Shown piece after piece: positions 11,908 to 24,385 of a DNA stretch of 64,000 nucleotides (within the stretch, counting starts at the first letter, position 1; every line of letters begins with the position of its first letter). Location of the stretch: the NCBI GenBank assembly GCA_965112155.1, contig OZ218103.1; one strand, written 5' to 3'. The notes under the pieces were generated by a model. That model saw nothing but the letters and a program-made list of their open reading frames with translations. It searched no databases and had not been told where the DNA came from. Source of the stretch: Podarcis liolepis. Lineage: Eukaryota. Both the position numbers and the translations under genes were made by a program.

Positions 11908-14548
11908 CTCTACCAAGCTGAAGGCAAAATTGCACTGGGGTTTATACAAGCAGCATATGCCATTTGTTTACTCCTGCCTGATACTGTTGTTGACAGGTAG
12001 AAAGCTCTGTGCAACGGCATGATTGATGAGTTCAGTATGTATGGAATCTGCAAGCATGTTGTTGCCTGCGTTGGGTAGTAAAACAGCTGACAAGCAGAGT
12101 AATCTGGGATGCTTTTCTAGAGATTATCTAAGCATTAGAAAAATACAGCTACAACTGGCCATAATCTAAAACCTGCTGGAAGAAGTGGCACTCTTTTGGC
12201 ACAAAGCAATAGGATACTTTGTGAATATGTTTCCGTTTGGGTTTGGGTTCATCCAGAGAGGCTTATGCATCACTAAGGAAGATGACATGTGAAAAGAGGA
12301 TACAGATGTGCACCTGCTAATTTTGAAAGAAATGACTGCAATGTAGCTAAAAAGCATAATCCACCTCACCCTAGTAGGGAAGACTGTGCCCAAGTGATGT
12401 GTGTGCTTGCCTAGTCTGCTCTCCAGCTGCTAACTGTGGATGGGCAGGTCTCCCTTCCTACAGTTCCTTATCTTTAAACTGGACTAGGACCGGACAAATG
12501 CTCAGAACTCCTATCCCAGGCCTCTAGCTAGCTTCCAAACCCAACTCTCATCCTTTCTCCTTCTGAGCATAGAAAGCTGTGCAGAGAGATGAGATTCAAT
12601 ACTTGGCATAAAATGGCTTCAAGACTTTTTGCTCCTCCACAGCTGCACTGCAACAAACGATGCTACAGTTTGGCGCTTCCGGCCCTGGTTTTCAGAGGAA
12701 CCCCTTTATCTTCCTTCTTGGAATTTGCATAGGATTTAGCTTTGCCAAGGACAAAATGAAGTAAAAGCAAGGGCAGTGAAATGTCCAGCAGCTGGTTGAA
12801 GTGTGAATGTGCTACAAAAGGCCGAGATCAGCAGCTTAGCTGCGAACATTGCAAAACTTCCTTCTCTCCTCCCTTTATTGAGGATGTCCCCATCTTTTCA
12901 GGAAAAGGTGGAATCACCTATGCAGGTTCTGGGGTATTTAGGCAGAGAGCTAGCAGGATGCTAATAAAAGAGCTGACAAAGAACAGTAAAATCCTGCTAG
13001 TTGCTATAAGAAACAGCTCTCCTGGGAAATTTAAAATCTGCTGTATTAACTTTCCCTAAATCTCCAGGGTTGACATTTCCCATTCTGTCTGAGAAGGGAA
13101 GTGGAAGAAGGAAAGCCTTAGTTCTAGTTATCTCTGGTGCTTTAATATGGAATCTGTTCCAGTAATCTGTTTATGCCTTAAATTCTGCAATGTCCCTGTC
13201 CTTATCATGCTCCTATGGCACTGGGATGAAACTCTTGCCCTTGCTCTACAGATGCCAATGCATCAAGACAATGGCACCTTTGCAGTGCAAATGCCTTGTT
13301 TTGACAGTTTCTCTGCCTTTTGAACTTACCCCAGCTTTCAAAGCAAGCCATTGCAAGGATATTCTGATGCTAATGTTTTCAGTGAAAATGTTGGTGTAGC
13401 ACAAATGCTAGCAAACACTCAGGTGCTCCCGTCCTGCTGGTGGCTGGTGGGATATCAGTGGTGATGTTTGGTAGATGGTTTAGCTTTCAAAATTTTGCTC
13501 TCTCATTGTGCCTTTCAAACAACTACAGTCTGCTTTATTGTTTATCAACCAGCTTCTTCATAGTATTAGCCTGGCTTTTATTGATTGGCCGTCTGGCATT
13601 ACCTTTCCCAGAAGAGCCACTACATCTCAACATCTCTGCCTCACCCCCCCCCCCACCCCCAGTTGATTCTGCTTTGTGAAAATGGGTGGTTTTTGTGACT
13701 TAAATTCTGCAATGTCCCTGACCTTTTCATTCAGAGAAAATTATTGCCCTTTTCCTCTCTATATTTTTTAATTCCATTTTTGTTTATTCCAGGTTTGGTT
13801 GATTTGCACACCCACTTTTGGTTGCTCAATTCCATGAATGAATATTTTATTATTTACTACACTCAGTAAACAATATACATGTTCTAACGGTGTTGAAAAC
13901 ATCAATATTTAAAGCTGATGTTTGAAGATTTTATATAAGCAAACTATTTTGCTGTTACAAAGCTGGAGTAAATATTATGAATGGATAACATATATATATT
14001 TATATTTTTATATGGCCTTATTTTAACTAGCTTTTCACAATGGAGTGTGTTGACTGGAGAGCAGAGCCTCAGGCTGGGCTGCAAACTGAGCAGCCTGCCA
14101 GGGACTGTTACACCCTGAGCTACACTTGCTTGGGGATCACAGCTCTCTGGATTGGGAGGCAAGGTGCCAAGGATCTGGCTAAGGTTTAAATTGCACATTG
14201 TGAGCCCAGGTTTTCCCAAACTCAGAAGATGGGAGAGATTTCCTGTTTAATAAGGTGTATTGCATGTTTCACACTGTCCATGAAAGGGTGGCAGACAGAC
14301 TTTACCTTTCAGCTGGCAAATATACAGGAGATGATGAAATAAGCAAGGAATGTTCCTGGGAGGTAAGCAGGTTGAAGGTCAGTTGCCTTAGGAACAGGAA
14401 GCACTTAACTGGAGCCAAAGAAAGGTAGCCTGAAACAGTGTCATTAAAGTGCAAAACCTTGTTTAAAGGAAAGTACCTAGTGCAAGATGGAACTGAATTT
14501 TCCAGTAGGGTAGAATTGGGCAGCAAACAGATTTAGCCATCATTCAGA

Positions 14549-15395
14549 TTTGTTGTTCTTGTTGGCATTCATCTGTCTTGAGAGACAACGGAGTGCAGCA
14601 CTGAAGTGATCTTCCTGGGATGCAAGTCTGGGCAGTGTGTATGGAGGTCCTGGGCTGCCCAGACAACAAGGTCCTCCTCTCAGGCTCACTGATGTGGTCC
14701 AAAGGAAAGCAGACAATATGTTGGGCACCAGTTTGGCTGCAGGAGTTGCCGGAAAGAGGTGTACAGTGGTACCTCAGGTTCAGAACTTAATTCGTTCTGG
14801 AGGTCTGTTCTTAAGCTGAAACTGTTCTTACACTGAAGCACCACTTTAGCTAATGGGGCCTCCTGCGCCACCGCTACACGATTTCTGTTCTCATCCTGAA
14901 GCAAAGTTCTTAACCCGAGGTACTATTTCTGGGTTACCGGAGTTTGTAACCTGAAGCGTACATAACACAAGGTACCACTGTACAAGGCTTCATCCAACCA
15001 TCTTAGGAACTCCACTTCCTTATTTGTGCAGGCTTTACTCCTTAGCTTTTTCTTTTCTCAAAGATATCCCACAAGTCAGCAGAGGTCTAGAACCAGAGTT
15101 TTCCTTCTTCTAGACATGCCACCAAACCAGGTCCCCTCACTTTCCTCTACCACACAGGCAGAAACCGCCTTATTGACTGTTGGGCGCCACTATTGCTCTC
15201 ATCTGCTCAATCTGTCAGAGCCTGTCTTTGCATACAGAAGTCCCTAACTCACCAAGGGTTTGAGATCCACCTGTTACCTTCACCTGGTTTAGCCAGCCAG
15301 TCAAAGCCATTCCCGGGGTGTGGCTGCTGTCACATCCTGACAGCTTCTAAGAGTCACAGGTGACAGTTGAGTTCAGGGTGGGGAATCAAAGGGTG
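14549..15395 (-). mobile_element. Squamate interspersed repeat, probably a non-autonomous retroposon (RTE-related), split by a mariner MITE
   Basis: Simple ttgttg tail at left end; body matches a common lizard repeat as I recall it; sequence resumes across the TA-inserted MITE (gaggtgta|caaggc). Class assignment uncertain. Confidence 0.45.
14764..14980 (-). mobile_element. Tc1/mariner MITE, copy 2
   Basis: cagtggtacct / aggtaccactg TIRs, TA TSD; reverse complement of copy 1. Confidence 0.9.
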
Positions 15396-15708
15396 GTTGT
15401 TGTTGTTGTTGTTTTATTGTTCTATTTGGTGTCTATTTTAAAACACACCTGAATAGCTTCAAAGCAGAACATACTTCTTATTCTTGCCATTTTAATGGGC
15501 AAAGCACTGTAAAAGCCCTTGCACTTCAACAGCCTCCAGCATTTGATTGTAACAGAATCCATTAAAATGTCAGCCAAGCTATTTAGCGATGAGCAGATGG
15601 GGCAGTACATACAATCTCAAAAGCAGGGCTCCTGAATGAGTGACCCTGGGCCTTTTAGTTCTAAGGTATGAATGTGAGGTAATTTCAAAGCCACCCCACA
15701 CTCTCTAT

Positions 15709-16060
15709 GGGACGCGGGTGTCGCTTTGGGTTAAACCACAGAGCCTAGGACTTGCCGATCAGAAGGTCGGCAGTTCGAATCCCCGCGATGGGGCGAGCTC
15801 CTGTTGTTCAGTCCCTGCTCCTGCCAACCTAGCAGTTCGAAAGCACATCAAAGTGCAAGTAGATAAATAGGTACCGCTCTGGCGGGAAGGTAAACGGTGT
15901 TTCCGTGCGCTGCTCCGTGCGCCAGAAGCGGCTTAGTCATGCTGGCCACATGAGCTGTACGCTGGCTCCCTCGGCCACTAAAGCGAGATGAGTGCTGCAA
16001 CCCCAGAGTTGGCCACGACTGGACCTAATGGTTAGGGGTCCCTTTACCTTTACCTTTACC
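15709..16060 (+). mobile_element. Full-length Sauria SINE (Squam1; lacertid type)
   Basis: tRNA-like head gggacgcgggtgtcgctttgggttaaacc...gttcgaatccc, body ...gcaagtagataaataggtaccgc..., (acctttt)-type tail cctttacctttacctttacc; imperfect TSD ccacac(t/c)ctct. Confidence 0.93.
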
Positions 16061-17563
16061 ACACCCTCTGCACTCAGAATGTGCCACAAGACCTAGTAAT
16101 TGAGATTCTATCAGAGTCCATCCAACTTTAATAGTGTTGTAGCAAAAGCTGCCTCTATGATCTCATCTATAAAATGGACTTGACGATATACTGAAACTAG
16201 GTTCCAGCTAGTCATTTGTATGTGAGTGCTCTTGTAATCCATTTCAGGAGTGTTTTGCATGGAATGCTGCTCTGCATTCAATCTACGGAACATTTCCAAG
16301 TGTTAACACCGATGCTGAAGCCATTTGGATTTGTGTTGTACGTACTGTAAATCACTTAAGGATGCCTCAAGGGAAGTGAATCATAAATGAAAGAATAATA
16401 ATAATTTTCACAAAGGGCATGAAAATTGGCATTGGCATTTCCCTGATCTGCCATTCAAATGTAAAACTTGCACATTGTTTAGCATCTCCACTTCTATCCT
16501 GCATTAGCAGCAAATCAGATATTTGTAGATATCATTTAAGAAACAATCTGGAGAGGTGTAGGGTGGATCGGTCCTTAGCTCTGTGGGCTGCTTCACACAT
16601 TAAGTTGCAGCAAAACTGCTTTTTCTCAGAGTTAGGGAGCTGTGGCCAATAACTCCCATTTCCTGAGTGAATGCTCTGACATATAACACAGAGAGGTCAA
16701 GTCTATGCACTGCATGTTTAAGGTGCGCATGTCAAATTTTTCATGTATATGTCATATGTTGAAATTGCCTGTAGGTCAACAGTTGAAGCCATGTTACAGT
16801 GGGCTTGAAGAGACCTTACACTTTCAGTTCTCCTTTTATTCAATAGTCAGGCTGCCTGAAGAAAACTGGGAATGCTAGAGAAGAGGGGAAAGAACTCCCT
16901 GGGGGGGGGATCTTTCATTTGGGAACCAAGTAGGCCCTGTTGCAAAAGGTACAGTCAGAGCCCATTCACAGAGGGAGTTGTTAGCTACTTGTCTGATGCG
17001 AGCAAGCCAGACATGCTCAAGGCATTCTCCTTGGCAGCAGGGAAGCTGGATTGGAGGGAGGAGGGAGGGAGAAGGAGGGAGGAGGGAGGGAGAAGCTGGA
17101 TTGGAGGGAGGAGGAGGAGAAGGGAAGGGAAAAGAGAAGCCAGGATATTTCAGCAATGCACAGAACACTCACTGCTGTGGAGGTCAGCGCCTGGACACAG
17201 CCCTTACGGCAGGCGATGGAATGTAAAGGGCTGGGCTTTGCAGCGGGAAGAGAGCAGAGGAACTTTGATTCTTCGTAATTAAAACAAACCCAGCAGCCGC
17301 AGAGAATCAACCACAGTTCTCTTAAACACTCTTTGCTCCTGTGTTGAGGAAGGAGACAGGCAGCTTCTGGGGAGGGGATTTCACAGTCCAGCTGTCTCCT
17401 CCGGGTCATTCTGGTGCTGCTCAGTACCAGCCAGCCCAGAAGCGTAATTCCTTCTGTAAAAGTGGGGTGCAGTTTTACTTCCTTCCTTGCCTTGTGCACA
17501 AGATTACACTCTTGACAAAACACATTTCAGTATCAGTCCCAGGGTTTTCATGTTCTTCTAGTA

Positions 17564-17662
17564 TCATAGAGCTGGAAGGGACCCTGAGGATCATCTAGTC
17601 CAACCCCCTGCAGTGCAGGGATAGGCAGCTGTCCCTTAGGGATACCGAGCCTCTAACCCTTG
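17564..17662 (-). mobile_element. Short SINE: truncated tRNA(Ile)-like head plus CR1 3' tail
   Basis: Minus strand ...ggctcggtatccctaagggacagctg + cctgcactgcagggggttggactagatgatcctcagggtcccttccagctctatga (CR1 tail as at 5015-5078). Head identity tentative. Confidence 0.55.
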
Positions 17663-20600
17663 TTAAAAACAAACTGTGGCTTAAGGTGAACAAGCAGCGA
17701 GTTATTGTCACTGAGAGTTCTTGCACTGGTCCTCCCCACTGCTGCTACACTGCTGAGAAACAAGTCTGCGCCTGGCCTGTTGTGATGTCTAAGCCTGGGC
17801 TTATGGCTTATTTATCTCCAAACAAACCAGGAGCTGTAACCAAGGTTTGTTCTTGGCTTTCTGCTCATGGGTTGTTGTTTTTTTGAGAGAAACAAACCAT
17901 GTGCCAGGGTCCAGACATCCTGACAAGCCAGACTCTGGGCTGTTTGCCGACAGCATGGCACATGAGGAGTGAAGCGATAACTTTTCTGCAGCAGCCACTG
18001 GCACACTGTACATTCACATTAAACTATGGCTTGCTTTTCAATAAAGTTTCTTTTACCTGCAGACCAGGCCCCTCTGTTCAATGGGGCGTACACCCAGAAT
18101 TGCAGTCAGGAATTAACTAATCCAGAATAATTATCACCTTCTACTGCCTTGCTCACAGACTCTTCCTGCTTCTGTGGTTTGAAAACATGAAAGAAATCTA
18201 CTCTTATATCAACTAAAGCCACTGGGTCTACTGCTAAGTATGACTAATTATAGATCCAACCCTATAATGATACATGCTTTGCTATGTTACAGGGCAGCTT
18301 TATTCACTAAGGGTCTTATTAGTAATCTGCCTTAAAATAAGACCAAAATTGTATGTGCACATTTGAGGGTGGTGGCTAAAGAAGGAATGCATCACCCGGG
18401 GAAAACCAGAGGTCACAGATCTGCATAATATTTGCCTACATTTGGTATTAAGCTATATATAATTTACTATAATTTAGATAGGAATACAATCAATCTCCCT
18501 ATTGTGTTCATTCATGGTTTTTACCTCTGTTGTTAGCCATCTCGAGCTTTTTAGAGGAAAGGTGGAATACAAATAAACATTTGGGAAGATGGTGTCCTGT
18601 TTGGTTGCTCAGTCTGTTCTCCAGGTGTTCACTGTTGATGGGCAACATCCAGACCTCTGTTCTTCTTCTTAAACTTCTTTAGTTTTAAACCAAATGTGGG
18701 GTTGTATGCACAGCTCCACCTGTGCCATGGGGCTTCCTTGCCCTCTTCCTGTGTTCTTCCCCCACTCTTTGGAGTTTCCTCCCAGCTCTCTGGAGCAGAA
18801 GTACTTGACGGAGGCAAGATGCAAGGAGATGGGGGAAGAGCCATCCTGCTGCCCAGGCAGAAGTTCTTACACTAACAGGATGCTTTCAAACAGAGGACTG
18901 TCTTTAGACTGCTCTTCCAAATAGAGGGATGTTCTCTGTAATATAGGGTGCCTGGCCACCTCAGCACAGTGAAATGCTCAGCAAGAGAGGCTGTCCTCTC
19001 TGGAAAATCAATATCCCCTAGAACAGTGGTGGGCAGACTTGAAGCTTCTTTGGGATCTTCTTTGGGCGTTTTTGCTTGAACCCCCAGGTCTCAAGGCATA
19101 TGCTTGGAATTAAAAGAAGTCTGAGTCTGAGAATTTGGTTTGAACTGTGGCTTTTATGGGTGTTGTGTAATTTACATGGGCCTGCTTTTGTTTTTGTTTT
19201 AAGGCAATTTATGACTCCTTCTATGGAGAAAGATCTGCCTACGTGCAAGATAACATCTATAATTTCTCACAATACCTGAATCTATCCATCTATCCTACGT
19301 GCCTCTACTGTTTCTTTCTTTTATAGAACAAGTCGATCCCATACAATATTTCTGTATTGGAGTCATGCACTCAAAAGCAGCTGTCCATGACATGTACAGA
19401 TAATAATTCTTGCGTGCATGTGAAAACAAGCACTGAAAGCCATCCATGTGGAATCCCCGTTTGTAAAACCTGTGAGAGACAGGGCATGAACTACAATTGT
19501 ATTTGATCTTTATTATTTCATGTATGAATTGCTTCCCATGAAACATCCCCAAGTGATTAACAGCAGAAACACCAGCAACAGAAACATATATAAATACAAT
19601 TTCCAGTTCAGTGGAGATATGGACAGGGATGAAATAAAATCTCCATTTAAAAGGCTTGTTGGAAGAGAAAGACCTCCCACAGGTACTGAAAGTATAACAG
19701 AGATGGCACCTGTCTGATATGGAATGGGGGAGTGTTTCAAAGGGTCTCATTCCTACCGTGTACAGAGTGGGTCTTCTGATGAGTTGGTATCTGTGGGAGG
19801 CAGTATTTAAAGAGTAAGATTACCTTTTTGGTATCCTGGTCCCAAGCTGATAAACCATTGTATACTAGTGCCAATATCAGATCCCCAACTCCCACTAGCC
19901 CTAGCTAACATGGCCAGTGGGTCAGGATGATGAGAGTCATTCAGCAGCAACATGTCGAGGGCAACAGGCTTGGAGAAGTTGTTCTAGGCGAATTACAATA
20001 TTGTCAGTAAGGAGGTTGCACAGATAGTTGAATTGATGAAACAGATGCCAAGTGGTGGGTCTCTGTCTCTCTCCTGTCTCCATAGACTGAAACCACAAGA
20101 TGTGATGGTGTAATTTAGGGTCATGCCAATTACATAACACCCATAGAAGCCACAGCTCTCCTGCTATGGGCACCTGCCTCATTGATTCATGCCTTTTGGA
20201 AGCTCCTTGCAGTGAGTAACAAAGGGATGTTTTAAAACGCGCCACGCATTAATTTTTCTTCCATAGATGATCTGGGTTAGTCTCCAGATGATGCTGGACT
20301 CCAACTCCCATCAGCCCCAGCTGGTGTGGCCAATGGCCAGCCATGATGGGAGTTGGAGTCCAGCAACATCTGGTGGGGGCACCACATTGCCTGTCCCTTG
20401 CATGGATGAGACAGGCCCAGGCCAGAAACAGAACTGGAAGTTGTGCTTTTCATTCACAATATTGCACAGACGAGTGTTTCTCAAATGTCCTTTAGGGATG
20501 CATCAAACAGGGAAGATGTCTTATTGATTGTAAATCTGTAAGCTACTTCTAAGAAAAATCCAGCCAGGTAAAACCAACAAAGTATCTGGGTTGCTGGCCA

Positions 20601-20904
20601 CTTCTTAAAGACTTGAGGACACTTTGGGAGACCCTGAAACAAAAGATTTTTGTAGGCTCTGTAGGACCTTTACCATTGACAGATTTATTGTAGCATAAGG
20701 TTTGGTAGGCTGGAGCTCATTAAAAATAAAAAAGAAATGTTTATGACTATTATTATTATTATTGCAAGGGAACTCTGTCCCATGACAGCTGGAGTACAAT
20801 AACTCTGTGCTACAATGTTTACAAAAAGTGAAAAGGTTCAAGACTCCCAAAATGCAGGTCGCGTTCCTCTTCCTGACCTGTTGATGCTGTAGCTAAAAAA
20901 GAAT

Positions 20905-21536
20905 TTTTCTCTGTTTTTGTAAATAAATTCTTAATCCCCCCCCAAATCAATAAAATAAGGATATAAAATTCAAACCACCATCTAACATTAATGCTTCTAA
21001 TAAAAAATCCTACTATTTTACAAACCTTCTTTTGAGGTTATTTAAACCTCAATACTTCCTTCCACCCCCTTCTACTGGTTCTTTACATCTTACATCATTC
21101 TCTGCAATTTGCTATCATTTTTATCCACTTGTTATACCTTTACATTCTCTCATTCTTTACTACTTACAAGTGATTAATCTAAACCTGCCAATGTACCAAC
21201 TCTTTTACAGTATTTCTGCACATACACAATAATTCCCCCCCATTCTTTTTTAAACTTCTCATTGTCAAAGTCTCTTGAGTTTTGCCATCAGTTTTGCCAT
21301 TTCTGCATAGTCCATAAGTTTTATTTGCCATTCTTCTGTTGTTGGCAACTGTTCTTCTTTCCATCTTTGGGCTACATAAATAATTTCTTCTGTTCTTTGG
21401 GAATTACTGTTCCTATTATACCTAGTAGAAAAGCTTCTGGTTTCTTCGCAAAGGTTAGTTTAAATATTTTCTTCAATTCATTATATATCATTTCCCAGAA
21501 GCCTTTAATAACCTTGCATCCCTACCGCATATGATA
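20905..21536 (-). mobile_element. L1-clade LINE 3' fragment (ORF2 C-terminus plus 3' UTR)
   Basis: Minus strand translates with stops and frameshifts to GCKVIKGFWEMIYNELKKIFKLTFAKKPEAFLLGII...QRWKEEQLPTTEEWQIKLMDYAEMAKL. Confidence 0.8.
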
Positions 21537-22924
21537 GGGTGTAGGGTGGCTAGGTGGAAAAAAGGACAGTTGTATAAAAGAGGGAATTATAAGAGGTGCA
21601 GCTATCCATCTTGTTTCACTATGTATTTCTCTTCCATAAAACACTGCTATGGTACTTTTAAAAAGTGCAGCTTATTCATTATGTAAGTTTTAGGGCTTCA
21701 GGTTTATTTATTTACTTAGACAATTTATATATCTCTTAACTACAATTGTCTATAAGCAGTGTACAAAGAACCCAATACAATGAAAATAAACATATTTTAA
21801 AACAATAAAAAAATAAAGCCAGGAAGCTATGTTTGTTTGTTTTGGTAGGACTGTCTTGAATTTGAAGATTTGCTTCACTTGCAAACAAAGTCAGGGACAC
21901 TCCAATCCAAACATAGTAACTGTTACACCCACTAAGAACAATGATAGATAATATGAGTAGAGTACTCTGTGATCTAATAGGACTTTTCCTTCCTAAGCCA
22001 CTCTAAGCCTGTAATGAAAGGCATAAACCTGCTTGAGGGCTAAGTCTGCATGAGGGTCAGTGTGCAACAGATTTTATCTTTCTACACTGAGCACTGGTGA
22101 AAGGGTTTGAAGTACTTCTAAAAGGGGCCTTAGATTGTGAAATTAAGGGTTAGACTAGTTGTCCAATGAACTACACCTCAAAGGATGGCTGCATCACTCA
22201 ACAGAGACACAAATAATGGGCAGAGCCAGTTTCTTGCAGTCAGCGCTAACAAATAAATACAATGTTTAATGAACCCTTTCTTCTTCTTCTTGCGCCATCT
22301 GACTTTGTCCTTTCGTTGTTTTTCTGTCAAGTGAACTGACTGCTCATGCCACAAATTTCTACTGATCATCGGGAGGTGATAGTATGAACAGATTAGTCCT
22401 TATCCTGGAGCTGGAAGATCTGGCTTTGTTCTCTGCTCTTAACAGTGTGTGATCTTGGCTAGGTGTTTCAGGGTGGGGCCGCACAGGAAGTTTCCCACAA
22501 TCCAGGTTTACACTTCAGTAAATATCTCCAAGTGCAGGAAGCACTCTCTGAGAAAACAAGGCATGACGGACTGCAGGATTTCTCATTGCTAAAATGCCAC
22601 CTTCATTTTTCAGAGTTTCCACTCTGGAGTGTGGACAACAGGCAGAGAATCTGGAAAGACAGCAGTATCATGATGCTTACTGCCCTTGGGTGCATTGAAC
22701 TGATATATGTATGACTTGGAAAAAAAAACCCACTTTGATGCAGAAGTGCTTTCAGTGTCTCTCAGCACCTGCAAACATGTTACCTCGTGTCATGGAGCAA
22801 AGATACCTGGGACTGTTGGACATTGATAGCACCTGAATTCCTGTGCAAAGTAAATTTTCATGTTTATGTATAGATTTTCTATTGGTTTCATATCCACTGA
22901 CTTTTAGATCCTATTAATCATGCC

Positions 22925-23062
22925 CAGGACTTATTTTTTCAGGGGGAACTTGCCATAACTCAGTTCCAGCACCTTTCAGGGAGATGCCATTGCCATTATA
23001 AGAGAACAAGGGAGGTGTTCATGGGGAATTCTGGCACCTCTTTTTCTAGAAAAATAGCACTG
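22925..23062. mobile_element. hAT-type MITE
   Basis: Termini caggacttatttttt / aaaaatagcactg; TSD atcatgcc / atcatact (6 of 8 match). Confidence 0.7.
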
Positions 23063-23179
23063 ATCATACTCCAGATTTTCCATGAGAACACCCACTGGAA
23101 AAGACAAGTAGGTTAGACATTTTCCTCTGCAACACCATTGCAATACAAGATCAGGAAGGTCCTCTGTAGAGTTGAAGCA

Positions 23180-23375
23180 ACATAGTAGTTAAGAGCATGA
23201 TCTGTGAGTTGGCAATGTGCACTTTTACTCACTGAATGGACTTGGGCAAGCCCCACCACCTATCTAACCTCATCTCTCATGTGTGGGCAATAATACTTGT
23301 CTACCTCACAGGGTTGTAGGATTACTGAGGTAATGGAGTGTGAGGTGTTCTGCACTCTTAAATGCACTCTATAAT
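23180..23375 (+). mobile_element. Old MIR/Ther1-like CORE SINE
   Basis: tagtagttaagagc head, acttgggcaag core, ctacctcacagggttgtaggatt tail segment. Confidence 0.5.
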
Positions 23376-24039
23376 GCTGAAACATTACTGTATCATACTA
23401 TTACATCTCTGAGCATGAATTCCATCTGCATTGGTGCAGCCTGTCCAGAGATTTGGGGAAACTTTCCCTGTCCTTCTGGCAGTGTTTACAAAGTTTTAGC
23501 CTCTCTTTGTCCTCTGGCCTTCTGGGCGGTGGGGCTTGTGGCTGGGCTGTGGGCCAGGAGCTGATCTGACACATAGAAGTGGGATTTATGGGATGCTGCT
23601 TTGATTCCAGCTCAAGGGCATGTAGGGCTGAAGCCAGAAGAGGCGCAGCATTTGGATCCGTGGCAGGGAGAAGGGTGAGAGTATCCAGCTGCTGCTTCTC
23701 CTTCTCCTCCTCCTGTCACACTCTTCTTTGATGCCTTTAAGAACTTTTTTGGAGGCTTGTTTCTCCAAATGAGGACTGGCAGGCCGGCTGAAAATTGCAT
23801 GCAAAGCCCGCCCACACACTTTTGGTAGGACACTTTGATTCCGTTGTGGCAACTTGCCCCGTTAGTTCAACCCGGGGCTCCTCCCTTCTTCTTTACTCTG
23901 CTGATGCATCTCAGCCTGGTCTTGTGATTTCTGCTGCTGTCATCTCAAGTTTTCTATAGTTGTTTCTTGATAACCGAGTGCACAGTCTCATTTTTCTTCT
24001 TCTGGACTTGGAGACCTATGTGTCCAGCTCCACATGTAT

Positions 24040-24040
<1 letters not shown>

Positions 24041-24082
<42 letters not shown>
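24041..24082. repeat. (CA)21 microsatellite
   Basis: Perfect tandem array. Confidence 0.95.
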
Positions 24083-24087
<5 letters not shown>

Positions 24088-24385
24088 TCCAGCCCCAAAG
24101 CAGCTCCTTGATTTCAATTCTGCCCCGTGCTTTATCTTGCAATCATTACACTTGTCTGCATTAGTCTTCCTGAAGCTCTCTTTAGTCCAAGTCCTGCAGC
24201 TCCCATTCAGTTAACACCTCTGCTGGTTATGCCTGCATTCCCTGGGGGTTGGACTAGATGAGACTTCCAAACGCTATCAGCCTTTGTTGTGAATGGCAGC
24301 TTATCGGAAGCCTTTTGGGGACTCCAGGCATTTCCGGTTAGTTAAAATGTTGACTAGGTGCCCAAAAGCTGTGGTCAGGTTTGCG

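Noticed and set aside
16872-17523. Several overlapping long ORFs
   Set aside because: Produced by the low-complexity GGA tract, which lacks stop codons.
19295-19750. 151-aa minus-strand ORF
   Set aside because: No recognisable domain, non-ATG-like random composition, and no splice or codon signal supporting it.
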